The notes under the pieces were generated by a model. The model was not told the DNA's origin. It did not search any database and saw only the letters and a list, made by a program, of their open reading frames with translations. The position numbers and the translations under genes are program-made. A DNA stretch of 64,000 bases from Octopus sinensis (taxonomy: Eukaryota): NCBI RefSeq assembly GCF_006345805.1, contig NC_042997.1, positions 142,290,001 through 142,354,000 on the forward strand, given 5' to 3'. Below are positions 39,365-51,640 of the stretch, piece after piece. How positions within the stretch are numbered: position 1 is the stretch's first letter; every line of letters starts with the position of its first letter.

Positions 39365-41084
39365 GCTAAATAAAATGAAAGTGTGTATGTCATTAAACCT
39401 TTCATAACTGAAGGGGGAAAAACCCCTCAGAAGCTAAGGAATTTTGTGGCGGTAAGTGTCAGGAAAAATTATAAGTGAATCCATGAGTTTGATTAAGTCT
39501 ACTGAATAGAAAATTCCTCTTCTCTCCACATTCACCTCAATTCACACACTTTTACAATTTAAGTTAGTGTTAACTTAATCTTGCGGGTATTAAACAGTAA
39601 TCTAATTAAAAATAATTATGTGGTAAAGAAAAGACAACATTAGCTCAATAACTAATAGTATTTTGGCAAATATGGGAAACAATTTTGGAAAATTTTCAGT
39701 CTTATTAGATCTCATCAGTGAAGCATTGATTTTACTGTACTGAGCTGAAGAAGTGATAGAGAAATACTAAATAGATGTTCTGTATTGTATATACCTGAAA
39801 CTGTATTACTAAAGTGAACTTTTTCATTTTAGTTACATTTAGTCTTGTTTTGTATTTCCAATCACATATTTCTTGTTATTAACTTGACATTGATTCAAAT
39901 ATGATATACATTTTTCAATAATGATCTAATTCTGATTACTGAGTGTTAGGATGCTTTAACACTGACAGTAGTATAAACAGTATATTGGTGGTTAATTTTT
40001 TTCCCTCTCCTCATATATTTATGGTGAATGTGTGTGACAAAGTTATTAGGGTACTGCACTCACAATTGCAAGATTTTGGTTTCAGTTCTAGGACCAGGCA
40101 GTGTATTGTGTTCTTTAGCAAAGCACTTTCTTTTCACATTGCTCCAGTTCACTTAGTCGTAAATGAGTAATCCTGTAATAGGCTGCCATCATGCTCAAGG
40201 TGAGTGTTGTGATCTCAGTCACTTTTACCCTGTGGAAACTGTGTAATTGACCCTATGAATCCTAAGATTTGAGACAGTAATATCAAGTGGTTGAAGATGA
40301 TGACATAGTCATCAGATGCTTCCTAAATCTGAAATGGGACTTTCTTCTATTTTTCTTATTTCTTCATTGAATACCATGTGATGGGGTTTACAATCAGCCT
40401 GAACACTGCCCATTTCTTTCCATTAAAGAAATATTTGTAAACATATTCTAAAACCTTGTATAGAATATGATTACAATTACTTACAAGACAGAAAAGAACT
40501 TTTTAACAATATTTTTTCATTCATAAGAATATAAAGATTTTGTGTATTCATAAATTTAATTTTCATTGTTGAACTTTACAATTCTTTTCCAAGTAAGTTC
40601 TCCTTTAAAAATATTGACAAACTTTTGATGAATGGAAACAAATTAGTTTAACAATTAATTATCAATAGTTTTATTCTAATTTTTTTGACACTTGTTTCTA
40701 AAATACCCATTCATTTAATTTCCATCAAAAATGAATTTCTTCATTAACACTTCTTTTTTGTCTAACAGTTCCTGATGTTAATATAACTTTATATGAAAAT
40801 AATACGGTCTTTCAGTGTTCACTTGTCTTAATGAAATTAGTGAAATGTTTTGCTTCAATACTCTCAATATATATTTATACATTTATAGAAACACTTATAT
40901 AACTGTATTATACAATAGATGTAAAAAACATTGTTTCATATCTATTTTCTTTTAATGTTACACACATGCATAGAGATGTATGTATACACTTGTGTGTGTC
41001 TTTGGGTTCATGTTTGTCCCTCATTACCAGTATTGGCTTGTTTACATCTCCATAACTTAGTGGTTTGGCAAAACTTGTTTTATG

Positions 41085-41221
41085 TTCAAACTGACAAGAT
41101 CCAGCCTCTTACACCTATCATACAATGTCATTCTAAAAATAAATAATCACATCATTGAAATCTCGAAGTTATGTGGTAGTGTATGATATTTGAAAGAGTA
41201 ATCTGAATGCTAAAAGGTTAA
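41085..41221. mobile_element. piggyBac-type MITE (P1), left-truncated
   Basis: Ends GAGTAATCTGAATGCTAAAAGGTTAA. The body matches the other P1 copies. Confidence 0.7.
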
Positions 41222-41832
41222 ATCTTTAATATGACAAATGTGTCGGAAAGGAAGCATTCAGCTGGCTACCTGACCTAATAGAAATAACAGCAAAAATTCT
41301 CTCAAACGTCACTCCACCATCTTAAAGTCAGATTAGATAATGTATTTCTATATATCTCTAAAAAGATGGCAAAGTTTAGCCGGTCATAGCTAGAATACTT
41401 CTGATCATGTGTTTGCTCAGTTGGGGGTGGACCAGATGCTAAATAGCCACAGCATCAGTGAAGTTGGATAAGTTAGCAAGTGAAATACTTTGATACTACT
41501 ACATTTAGATGAAAGAACCAACACTTACATTTTGCTATAAATTTCTTCTCATTAGAATGTTATAATAATGAGCTTGCAAGAAATGGTTTGTTTAAATTTC
41601 ACATTGAACTAAGAGTTTATAAAAAATTTCATCTGTGTTTTTTTACTTATGAATAACAATAAATAAGTTAAGAAAAGTTTTGTGTAAAGTCAATTAGGAT
41701 TTTATCCACTGTAATGTGTTTGTGTTATCATGAACAGATATTATTCAATTTATGACAAGCCATTAAAAGCACAAATTAGGTTATCCATCATGACTCTAGT
41801 CAATTCATGACCACTCTCCTCAATCGATATCA

Positions 41833-41881
41833 TAGTTCTTTTCCCAATCAATAGCATAGCTGTTGATTGGGAAAAGAACTA
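41833..41881. repeat. 23-bp stem hairpin
   Basis: TAGTTCTTTTCCCAATCAATAGC-ATA-GCTGTTGATTGGGAAAAGAACTA, one T.G pair. Confidence 0.9.
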
Positions 41882-43463
41882 GGTCAATCTTCTCTGAGTA
41901 GTGGTCAACACACAGTAAAAGGCTCAGGCAGTGGACTCCCTCCCTCTCTTTTTTTTTTTATAAATATCAATAATGTAGAAAGAATGTATTGAGATTTTTA
42001 TTTAACCCACAGTATGGCTTTATAGTATTTAAATATATTTCGGTTCTGATTTATGCTATGTTGTACATAAATAGATTTTGTTAGCAAAATATTTTATTTA
42101 GAAAGGAATTAAAAAAAAAGTAACTTGATTTACAAATCCATTAAATTTATTTTCTATTTTGATTTTCTCAGAATTAAAGTCAACTTAATGATTTCAGTAA
42201 GAATCTTTTAATTTAAATTACTTTACAATATAAACCAAAAATATGTTTTTCAATTTTGATATACCATATAAGTGCAGATATGGCTGTGTGGTTGTTAAGA
42301 AGTTCTTTTCTGGTCCACATGGTTTTAAATTTAGTTTCACTGTATGGCACAAGGCACCATGGATGCTCTGAACTGATTAATGCCTTATAAGTACATTTGG
42401 TAAGAAAGTAAAAAAGCCTGTTGAATATGTGTGTGTGTGTGCACTTGCATTTCGTCAAAAATTGCTGAGCTTCAAGTGATGACATTGTCAACAACTCATC
42501 TGTTGAATTTATGTCTGCAAGACATTTAGAATGAAATATACCTTACTTGAAAAAATAGAATTACTAAGAGATGAATCATTATCATCATCATCGTCATCAT
42601 TGTTTAATGCCTGTTTTCCATGCTGACTTGGATTGGACAGTTTAACAGGAACTGGCCTGCTGGGGAGCTGACTAGCTGAAGAACTGGCCTGCTGGGGAAC
42701 TGTCCAGACTCCAAATTGTCTGCTGTGGCATGGTTTCTACAGCTGGATGCCCTTCCTAATACCAACCAGTTTACAAAGTGTGGTGGGTGTGACTACACAC
42801 ACTGGCATGAGTGCATTTTACATGGTACCGGCACCTGTAAAGTACAAACTTGTATGTATGGATGACAGCAATTGTTTTTGGCTTGCCGTGTCTTCTCAAG
42901 TATAACAAATCGCCACAACTCCCAATCCTTTGTCATTTCCTCAGTGCGGATCTAGATATATAACAATGCTTCAATTATATATTCAGCTAAGCCATGCTTT
43001 GACGGGAAAATGAATATGAAATGAGCAAACAAACAAGCTTACTTGATGCATGAAAACCCGCATTGAAACAGATAATTATTATTGAAAAATAGATTGATAA
43101 TGGTTAATGGTTTTTAATAATGATTCACAAAATAAAGTTCAGAGTACAATTTTGCCTCTTTACCACTCCTAAATAATTATTGGTATACACCAGCAAAGAA
43201 TACAAGTAAAACATCAGTTTTCTGGAACTTTTGGTTCCAAAGGCTTTCTGGGTTACTGATTTTTCTGAACTAGAGTTGGTTACCTTGGTCAATGCACTTC
43301 AAATTAAGCAAATATTAAATTTACATAGATAAAATAGAGGAATCTATACATTAGTGTAAATGAAATAAGTATATTAATACGGTAATGTGCAAGGTACAAG
43401 TCTGTAGAAGGTACCACTAAAATAGTCTGACAACTGTGAGAATTTGAATTTCCTGTTTATAAA

Positions 43464-43677
43464 TTAATCTCTTAGCATTTAAGCCAGCCTTATCCAGCCC
43501 AAATATTCTACCTGTTTTATGTTAAAACTGACCACATCTGACCTCTTACACCTACCCTACAATATCATTTAAAAAATAATGAATGACATTAGGATGAGGT
43601 AAGGTATGATTTACTCAAAACAATGTGAATAAATTTGCAATGTATTTGATGGAGTAATCTGAATGCTAAAGCGTTAA
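43464..43677. mobile_element. piggyBac-type MITE (family P1), opposite orientation
   Basis: TTAATCTCTTAGCATTT ... GAGTAATCTGAATGCTAAAGCGTTAA. The body matches the reverse complement of 50121-50323. Confidence 0.75.
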
Positions 43678-44191
43678 TGTAGATTCTAAGAGGCTCCTGA
43701 CCAACAGTGTCCGTGATTTTCAGTTCTTCAGGAATCAAAGAAATAAGTATGGGCATATATTTTCATTACAATAAATAAATAAAAATGAAATAAAGTGCTT
43801 GTGTATAGGAAAGGATTGTATAAGCATAATTCTTTAACTAATTGCACCACCTCACAAAATTTTCCACAGGCTTTTAGACTAATTATATTTCTTCTTGGAG
43901 AAAGTAAAGAATCATTTTGTTAGCAAGGTATACTCATGATTAATGCTTTATCCATTCTGCAATATTTTCATATGTGAAATAGTATTTTTACATGATTTGT
44001 TGATATAGTGATGCATTATTTGATATTGCTCATACCATTATTGTAGAGCTTTCATTCAATTTCAAATAAAGTCTGCTGAAGTAGATGAAGTTTTAATTGA
44101 ATTCATCAAAGCATGGATGCATTCCATCAATTTTAGTGCCTATTTTTTGTTTGTTTTTTTTTGTTTTTGGAAGATTTGCTGACAAAGGTAG

Positions 44192-44337
44192 TTAAATATT
44201 GCTGTCTACTTGAGTCTTTTGATTGATTGGACACAGCTGATTAAAGTGCTTCTTATAGTTATTTGGTTCAATGATGCTTGGATCGTGCAAATATGAAATC
44301 AGTGAGTTGTAAGACTTCACAAATGTATTGGATGCAT
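44192..44337 (-). CDS. Candidate terminal exon (DASNTFVKSYNSLISYLHDP...VDSNI*), product unknown
   Basis: Strong T-rich acceptor ending CTTTCAAG, 48 open codons to TAA, non-repetitive sequence. Confidence 0.2.
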
Positions 44338-44587
44338 CTTGAAAGAAAAAAAAAAGAGTATTAGGCTGTAACAGAATAGTGATGCTAACACAGTAATTAG
44401 AGCAGTTGCTATATCTTAATTTAGGGATAATGGAGTTCAACATGTCAAAACACAGAAAGTTGTTGAAATCTTAGTGCTTAAATATTAATGCTACATAATG
44501 GGTTAGATTTCAAAAGAGAACCAAGCTGATTGATAAGTACTATTAAATACAAAGATATTTAATGTTGATTTTTAAAATGCCATCTCA

Positions 44588-44618
<31 letters not shown>

Positions 44619-45569
44619 CATATTTGGTGGCATATTCGTTACACCCCAATTTCAAGTGTGCATATTCTAGAAAAATATTTTGATACAGTGAAGTATGTAA
44701 TATAGAACTGGTGAGGAGGGATAAGGTGGCAAGCTAGCAGAATCGTTAGCACACTGGGCAAAATGTTTTGTGGTATTTCATCCATCCTTACAATCTGAGT
44801 CCAAATTCTGTTGAGGTTGACTTTGCCTTTCATCCTTTTGGGGTTGATAAAATAAGTACCAGTTGAATACTGGGGTCGATGTAATCAACTTACCCGCCTG
44901 TAAAATTGCTGGCCTTGTACCAAAATGTGAAACCAATATATGACTGAGTGTGTGTGACTTTTTTGAGATATTTGATATTCTTTAGGGAGGAAAATATATA
45001 TTTATATATTTTCTTATGTATTTCTATTTGCTGTTCGCTTTGAATCATTTTGTTTCCTTGACAAGATTCCATTATTATTATAGTATGATCTTAACTTCTC
45101 CACATACTAAGATGATTTTTACTCCTCTTCTTTTGATTCATATGAAATACTTCATTTACTAACTAAACTTGAAAGTCTAATAAAAATTATTTCCTAATCT
45201 CCTCATTTGCTAGGCTGCAGTTTGCAATTAACCATGCTCAGATGGAAGTATATGATTGATTGTAAATGCATTAAGCAGTTGGTATTTAGTATTGCCTAAA
45301 TTAAGATGCATCTCTCTTATTTTACTAATGGCTTGATTATTTGTTACAGCTATTTTAATCTTATGAAAGCATTTTAACCTTTTAGCATTTTACATTTGTA
45401 TAAATTATATGTTTTGAAAATATATGAATTATATAATGCAAGACTAATTTCTATACCATTATGAAATGTTCATGAAGTCTGAAGATTCGTAATCTTGAGT
45501 GAGTGAGTGAGTGAGCAAGCAAGCGTGCGTGCGTATACACACACACACACACACACATATATTTGTATG

Positions 45570-45770
45570 AGAATAAAATGCCTTGAGTATTTGGTTACAA
45601 TCAGAAAACTCAAAGGAAAAAGACCTGGAGGAGACAGAAGAAGATACTCAATGGCCTTAGCAGCTGGCTTCAAAGAAACCAGTCCAGTAACACTCTAAAT
45701 TGTGTGGAGGACAGAGAGGCATGGAGCTTCATGATCACTGATGTCTGTAGGTATGGTATAGGAAGAAGAA
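45570..45770 (+). mobile_element. 5'-truncated RTE-clade LINE 3' tip
   Basis: Translates across frameshifts as KCLEYLVTIRKLKGKRPG...NCVEDREAWSFMITDVCRYG, like the RTE ORF C-terminus (LEHLVTTGKIEGKR...VEDRE.WR.MI). Followed by a GAAGAAGAA tail. Confidence 0.65.
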
Positions 45771-46119
45771 ATAATAAATGTACATAAATATGCACATAAT
45801 GATTTAGAAAATATATCTTTTCAAAGCCATATATTTTGTTAGTATACTAGCAGAGGATATGGAGAGATTTTTCTCTGAGATGTATCATTCTATTAATCAG
45901 TTCATATTATGGAAAAATATTGACAAATGTATATCTGTATGTATTGACTTCAGCTGTATGTATTGACATCAGTAGGATGTTATAGGCTAAGTCTTGTGGG
46001 AGATTATATGTAAAATTCTTTCGAAACCACAGTAAAAATCTCATTTGAGACTATTAAAAAAAGAAACCAAAGAAATTCTATGATACAAGTCAGGAGGGTG
46101 GGTTGAACCTGTGACCTAT

Positions 46120-46290
46120 GCATGTCTTCTACAGTTACTGTGGTTTACATATAGCTTCAACAGCTGTAAGTTGATAGATGTAAGGAAAACGCAGATGGGA
46201 AAGGAATTCCAGAAAAATGGGTAGCACGTAGTTTCCATGGCATGGCACAGTTAGCCTGGTGAAAGGATGAGAGATAACTGTTTTGGGTGG
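46120..46290 (-). mobile_element. Second decayed CR1/L2-type LINE 3' tip
   Basis: SHPFTRLTVPCHGNY, then after a frameshift FWNSFPICVFLTSINLQLLKLYVNH. Same motif series as the 25146 copy. Confidence 0.55.
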
Positions 46291-46530
46291 GTTTGGGTGG
46301 ACTTTATATGCATGTACACTCTGTACAGTGTTTAGTGGCAGGAAAGACATCCAGCCATAGAAATCGCTACTATGATGGCCAAAACAACATACAAGTGAGA
46401 TATGGTCTCCAACCAATCTAGGATGGTGATAACTCTGCATAAACATGACCCAGAACATGACAACCTGTCCATTCCATGCCAGCATAGAAAAGAGGATATA
46501 AAATGATGGTTTTTACATACGGAATAATCT

Positions 46531-46736
46531 CAGAGCTGGCAGAATCATTAGCACTCTGGATGAAATCCATAGCAGTATTTTGCCCATCGATACGTTCTGA
46601 GATCAAATTCCATGAGATTGACTTTGCCTTTCATCCTTTCAGTGTTGATAAATTAAGTACCAGTAAACACTGGGGTCAATGTAATTGACTAGTCTCCTCC
46701 CTCCAAATTTGAGGCCTTGTGCCTCCAGTAGAAAGG

Positions 46737-46779
<43 letters not shown>

Positions 46780-46858
46780 TATCATTATTATTATTATTAT
46801 ATTATCATTACTATTATTATTATTATTATATTATCATTACTATTATTATTATTATTAT

Positions 46859-46932
<74 letters not shown>

Positions 46933-47455
46933 CATCATCATCATTATTATTAAAAAGGTGGCAAGCAGACAGAATCGTTACTATGATGGCCAAAAATGCT
47001 TTGTGGCATTTCATCTGACATTACCTAGTTCAAATTCTATCGAGGTTGACTTTGCCTTTGCCTTTCATCCTTTCAGGGTTAATAAAATAAGTACCAGTTG
47101 AGTACTGGGGTCGATGCAAATGACTTGTCTCCTTCCCTAAAATTTCAGGCCTTATGTCAAAATTTGAAATCATCATCATTATTATTATTAAGGAAGTGAG
47201 CTGGCAGAATCGTTAGCACACTGGACAAAATGCTTAGCAGTATTTCACCCATCACTACGTTCTGAGTTCAAATTCTGCCATGGTTGACTTTGCCTTTCAT
47301 ACTTTCAGGGTCAATGAATTAAGTATCAATTGTGTACTGGTGTTGATCTAATCAACTGGCCCCCTCCCCCCAAATTTCAGGCCTTGTGCCTGTAGTAGAA
47401 AGGATTATTATTATTGTTATTATTATTATAGTTATTATTATTATTATAATGTTAT
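46531..47455 (+). mobile_element. Head-to-tail trimer of family D SINEs with (ATT)n tails
   Basis: Copies at about 46531-46736, 46954-47170 and 47190-47403. Each has GAGCTGGCAGAATC...GTTCAAATTC...TTGCCTTTCATCCTTTC.GGGT.GATAAA.TAAGTACCAG. A 215-bp (ATT)n tract lies at 46737-46951. Confidence 0.85.
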
Positions 47456-48185
47456 CTTGTGGTTTGGTGACAACATGTCTCTTCAAATCTCAAGAAGCTT
47501 TTTTAAGATTCTTACAAAATACAGAATTGCACTTTTCTGCAAGTTGAGTGTGACTATCAGTTTCAATATCTTTCAGTCTTTTAGGTAGCAATTTGTTGTG
47601 CCAAATGCTCCAATTACCACAGGAGTAATTGTTATCTTACTCCTCCACACTCTCTTCATCTCTCTGGCTAGTATTATTTTGAAAACAATTAGTATTATTT
47701 GAAAACAAATTCTTGGCGTAATTGGCAGAACAAAGATATCCATAATGCAAAATAACTCTAGAGAATATGACTACTGAATTCCAATGCTAGCATGGTTAAT
47801 CATTTGAACTGTTCTTCTCATACCAAATGTTAACACACAGAATTATGTTTATAACTCATTGACAAATATCTGTATCTGCAAGCAAAGTAATGTTTACTGT
47901 CTACAGCAAGCAGTAGAAATGTCTGAGTTATGCTTCTGATCAGTTTAAGTGTCTATAGTTCAATAATCACAGTGGTAACTTGAAATTTTTTTATTTATAT
48001 TTTTGCACTACATATTTACTTAGTTTGTAAATTGATTTATTCTGTGACTGACCACTGGCTAAATTCACTAGTTTCCACTGCTCACCATAGCTTACTGAAT
48101 ACCACAGCATAACACCATGGTAGGTGGATATAAAATAATGATGATGATGTTAAACACACACACATACACATATATATCTCTTTTT

Positions 48186-48606
48186 TTACTTTTTTACTCT
48201 TTTACTTGTTTCAGTCCTTTGACTGTGGCCATGCTGGAGCACCACCTTTAGTCACGTAAATCGACCTCAGGACTTATTCTTTGTAAGCCTAGTACTATTC
48301 TATCGGTCTCTTTTTGCCGAACTGCTAAGTTACAGAGACGTAAACACACCAGCATCGATTGTCAAGCGATGTTGGGGGGGACGGGGGAGGGACAAACACC
48401 AACATACAAATATACGTGTGCGTACACTCACACACACACATATATACGACGGGTTTCTTTCAGTTTCCATCTACCAAATCCACTCACAAGGCTTTGGTTG
48501 GCCTGAGGCTCTAGTAGAAGACACTTCCCCAAGGTGCCATGCAGTGAGAATGAACCCGGAACCATGTGGTTGGTAAGCAAGCTTACCACACAGCCACTCT
48601 TGTGCC
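48186..48606 (-). mobile_element. Family A SINE
   Basis: Reverse complement of the consensus. Confidence 0.9.
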
Positions 48607-48616
48607 TATATAGGTA

Positions 48617-49000
48617 TATGGCTGTGTGGTTAAGAAGCTCGCTTTGCAACCATGTGGTGCCAGGTTCAGTCCAACTGCATGGCACCTTGGGCAAGTATCT
48701 TCTGATATAGCCCAGGGCAAACCAGTGTTTTGTGAGTGAATTTGATAGATGGTAACTATGTGAAAACCCATCATGTGTATATATATGTGTGTGTGCATAT
48801 CTTTGTTTTTGTTTTTGCACCCCCTCCTTACACACACACACCTGACAACTGTTGTTGGCTTGTTTAACCACCATAACATGGCAGTCCAGTGAAAGAGACT
48901 TATAGAATAAATACCAGATTTAAAAAATAAGTACTGGGGTCAATTTGTTTTACTAAAACCCTTCAAGTCAATGACCCAGTACAAGCAATGGATAAGAAAT
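48617..49000 (+). mobile_element. Family A SINE (older), head-to-head with the previous copy
   Basis: Diverged consensus match starting about 10 nt after the minus copy ends. Confidence 0.75.
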
Positions 49001-49019
49001 TAAAAAGATACATTTAATT

Positions 49020-49420
49020 AAAGGCAGCGAGCTGGCAGAAATGTGAGCACGCCAAGTAAAATGCTTAGTGGTATTTTGTCTGCCACTACGTTCTGAGTTC
49101 AAATTCCGCTGAGATCGACTTTACCTTTCATCCTTTTGGGGTTGATTAAATAAGTAGCAGTAACGCACTGTGGTCGATATAATTGACTTAATCCGTTTGT
49201 CTGTCCTGGTTTGTTCTCTCTGTGTTTAGCCCCTTGTGGGTAGTAAAGAAATAGGCATTTTGTCTGTCTTTACATTCTGAATTCAAATTCCTCCAAGGTC
49301 AACTTTGCCTTTCATCCTTTCGGGGCCGATAAATTAGGTACCAGATGCATACTGGGGTCGATCTAATCGACTGGCTCCCTCCCCCCAAATTTCAGGACTT
49401 GTGCCTAGAGTAGAAAAAAA
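49020..49420 (+). mobile_element. Family D SINE, dimer-like composite
   Basis: Two copies of the CCTTTCATCCTTT...GGTCGAT module in tandem. Other D copies lie at about 6775-6955(-), 11890-12105(+), 19375-19575(-), 26222-26357(+), 44722-44940(+), 50337-50541(-), 53238-53420(+) and 61845-62060(+). Confidence 0.8.
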
Positions 49421-50120
49421 TACATTTGATTACAAAGTCATAGAATCACTCTGCCTGAAAAAAAATAATAATAACAGCAGCAGAGTACAAAAGATATGAT
49501 CACAGGTGTAATGCATTTAATCATAAGGCTAACTAACAAAAATACATACAACAAATTCACGCTATGGAACAAACTGTTTTCAATGTCATTTAGTATTGGT
49601 TTTCTTGGTGTGCGCAGTACTTGAACATGACTACTGCATAAGGAACATTTATAGAATTCAAAGCAATTCAAATTGTGTGTTACTGAACATGTTGGGATAT
49701 AAACAACAATTTGTTTATTCTTTTACTTGTTTCAGTCATTTGACTGTGACCATGCTGGAGCACTGCCTTAAGATAGTCAAGCTTCGATATAGCAAGGAGT
49801 CAGATGGGTGTCTAGTGTATTACTCTCCATCCCACATGTCTCCCCCTGTTCTGTTTAGTCCATTCTGGATGAGACACATGGGATGGACAGTCACTGAAGA
49901 GGTCACAGAGTGTATGACAAAAGATTTCAGACTAAGACACTAAAATGAGAATAATAGTAAAGCTGAAGTGAAGACCGAGTTTATAGTGCGTCTAGTTATT
50001 TAGCAAAAAAAAAAAAAAACCCCCAAAAAACCGGAAAACAAAGACCATCCTCAAATATAACAACAAATTTTGATTATTGTATGTATGTTATACTTCCTGA
50101 TATTATCCATGGTGTATTAA

Positions 50121-50323
50121 CCCTTTAGTATTCAGATTACTTCATCAACTGTAATCCTTATTCACATTGTTTAAAATTAATCATATATTATCTCGTAGCT
50201 TTGAGATTTCATTGATGTGATTGTACTATTTCTAGAATGATATTATAGGGTTGGTGTGAGAAGCTGAATCTGTCTAGTTTAAACATATTTTGGTTAGATA
50301 TAGCTGGCTTAAATGCTAAAGGG
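50121..50323. mobile_element. piggyBac-type MITE (family P1)
   Basis: TTAA|CCCTTTAGTATT ... AATGCTAAAGGG|TTAA: TTAA TSDs and CCC/GGG termini, 203 bp. Confidence 0.85.
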
Positions 50324-50546
50324 TTAATAATGGTTTCAAATTTTGGCAGAAGGTCAGCAGTTTTGAGGAAGGGGCTAAGTCAGTTATATTGACTCCATGT
50401 TCAACTGTTACTTATTTTATCAACCCCAATAAGATGAAAAGCAAAGTTGACCCTGACAGTATTTGAACTCAGAACATAAAGTCGGAAAAATACTGCTAAG
50501 TATTTTTTCTGGCACATTCATGATTCTGCCAGCTCCCCACCTTATA

Positions 50547-50803
50547 AGAAGAAATGTTTCCTTCTCAAGCCATGCTAGGCTCATAAGAGCTGGTTTCCTG
50601 GTTTCAGTGGCGTATATATTCCCCACCTGGATGGAATGCCAATCTGTTGCAAGGTTACTTATTTTTGCCAGCTGAGTGGACTAGAGCAACATGAAATGAA
50701 GTGTTTTCCTCAAGAACACAACGCATCGTCCGGTCCAGGAATCGAAACCACAATCTTACGTTCATGAGTCCAACACCCTAACCACTAAGCCGCATGCCTC
50801 CAC
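50547..50803 (-). mobile_element. Family C tRNA-derived SINE
   Basis: Minus-strand head GGAGGCATGCGGCTTAGTGGTTAGGGTGTTGGACTCATGA...GGTTTCGATTCC (A/B boxes), then a TTCTTGAG.AAAACACTT body. Homologous to about 7190-7425(+) and 40030-40170(+). Confidence 0.8.
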
Positions 50804-51304
50804 TCACCGCCATATTGTGTATTAGTATTATTGTAGCAATTGTAGTGAAAATTCGTTTGGCACAGTTTGGTATAAAGCTTTAACTTATCAGATTTCTTAG
50901 AGATTAATGCAAAAGAAAAAATAATATACTAAATAAACTTACTCTGCTAATGAATAGCTTAACTGAAAATAAGCATCTAAAGAAAATATTCATTACAATG
51001 AATATTAACTGTTGTAGAGCATTTTTCAGCGACAGCCAACTATTCTGTTATTTACTTTTACTTCTCCTATTCCTCTGTCTCAATGATTCTCACTCTTTAT
51101 GTGTAACATCCTTTTACTCATTGCCTCTTGCCAAGCCTAGCATGTGTACCAATCCTGCACTCCTTATATTAACACTCTTTGTATTTCTCTTTTACTTTTT
51201 CTATACAATGTCAAGTGTGACCTGAGAAATCATCCAATCAGCTAACATTTGTATTGACTATTATTATATAGAGACATGTGCATATAGATATTTTCTTCAT
51301 CTGT

Positions 51305-51640
51305 TTTCCTTTACTTGTTTCAGTCATTAGACTGCAGCCATGCTGGGTCAACATCTCGAAGGATTTTATTTGAACAGATTGACTCCTATACTTATTTTTA
51401 AAGTTTGCTACTTATTCTATTGGTCTCTGTTGCCGATCTGCTCTGCTAAGTTATGGGCATACAAACCAACACTGGTTGTCAAGCATCGTGGGTAGGGGAT
51501 GATGACACAGAAACAAAGACACACGCACACACACACACACACTCACGCGCGCACACACACACACACATACACATTTGATGGGCTTCCACATAAATTCACT
51601 CATTAGACATTGGTCAGCCTGGAACTGCAGTAGAAAATTC
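51305..51640 (-). mobile_element. Family A SINE (decayed)
   Basis: Tail and body match. Confidence 0.7.

Noticed and set aside
39680-39722. CTGATGA...GAAA on the minus strand
   Set aside because: Stem II is mismatched and stem I cannot form, so this is not a credible hammerhead.
43690-43750. Minus-strand LKITDTVGQE resembling the small-GTPase DTAGQE motif
   Set aside because: No usable splice sites, the frame runs into a MITE end, and no other G-box motifs are nearby.
46685-47101. Poly-Ile/Tyr/Leu/Asn ORFs
   Set aside because: (ATT)n microsatellite between SINEs.
50730-50803. tRNA-like sequence with A/B boxes and a CAT anticodon-like loop
   Set aside because: No proper acceptor stem. It continues into a SINE body shared with other copies, so it is a SINE head and not a tRNA gene.
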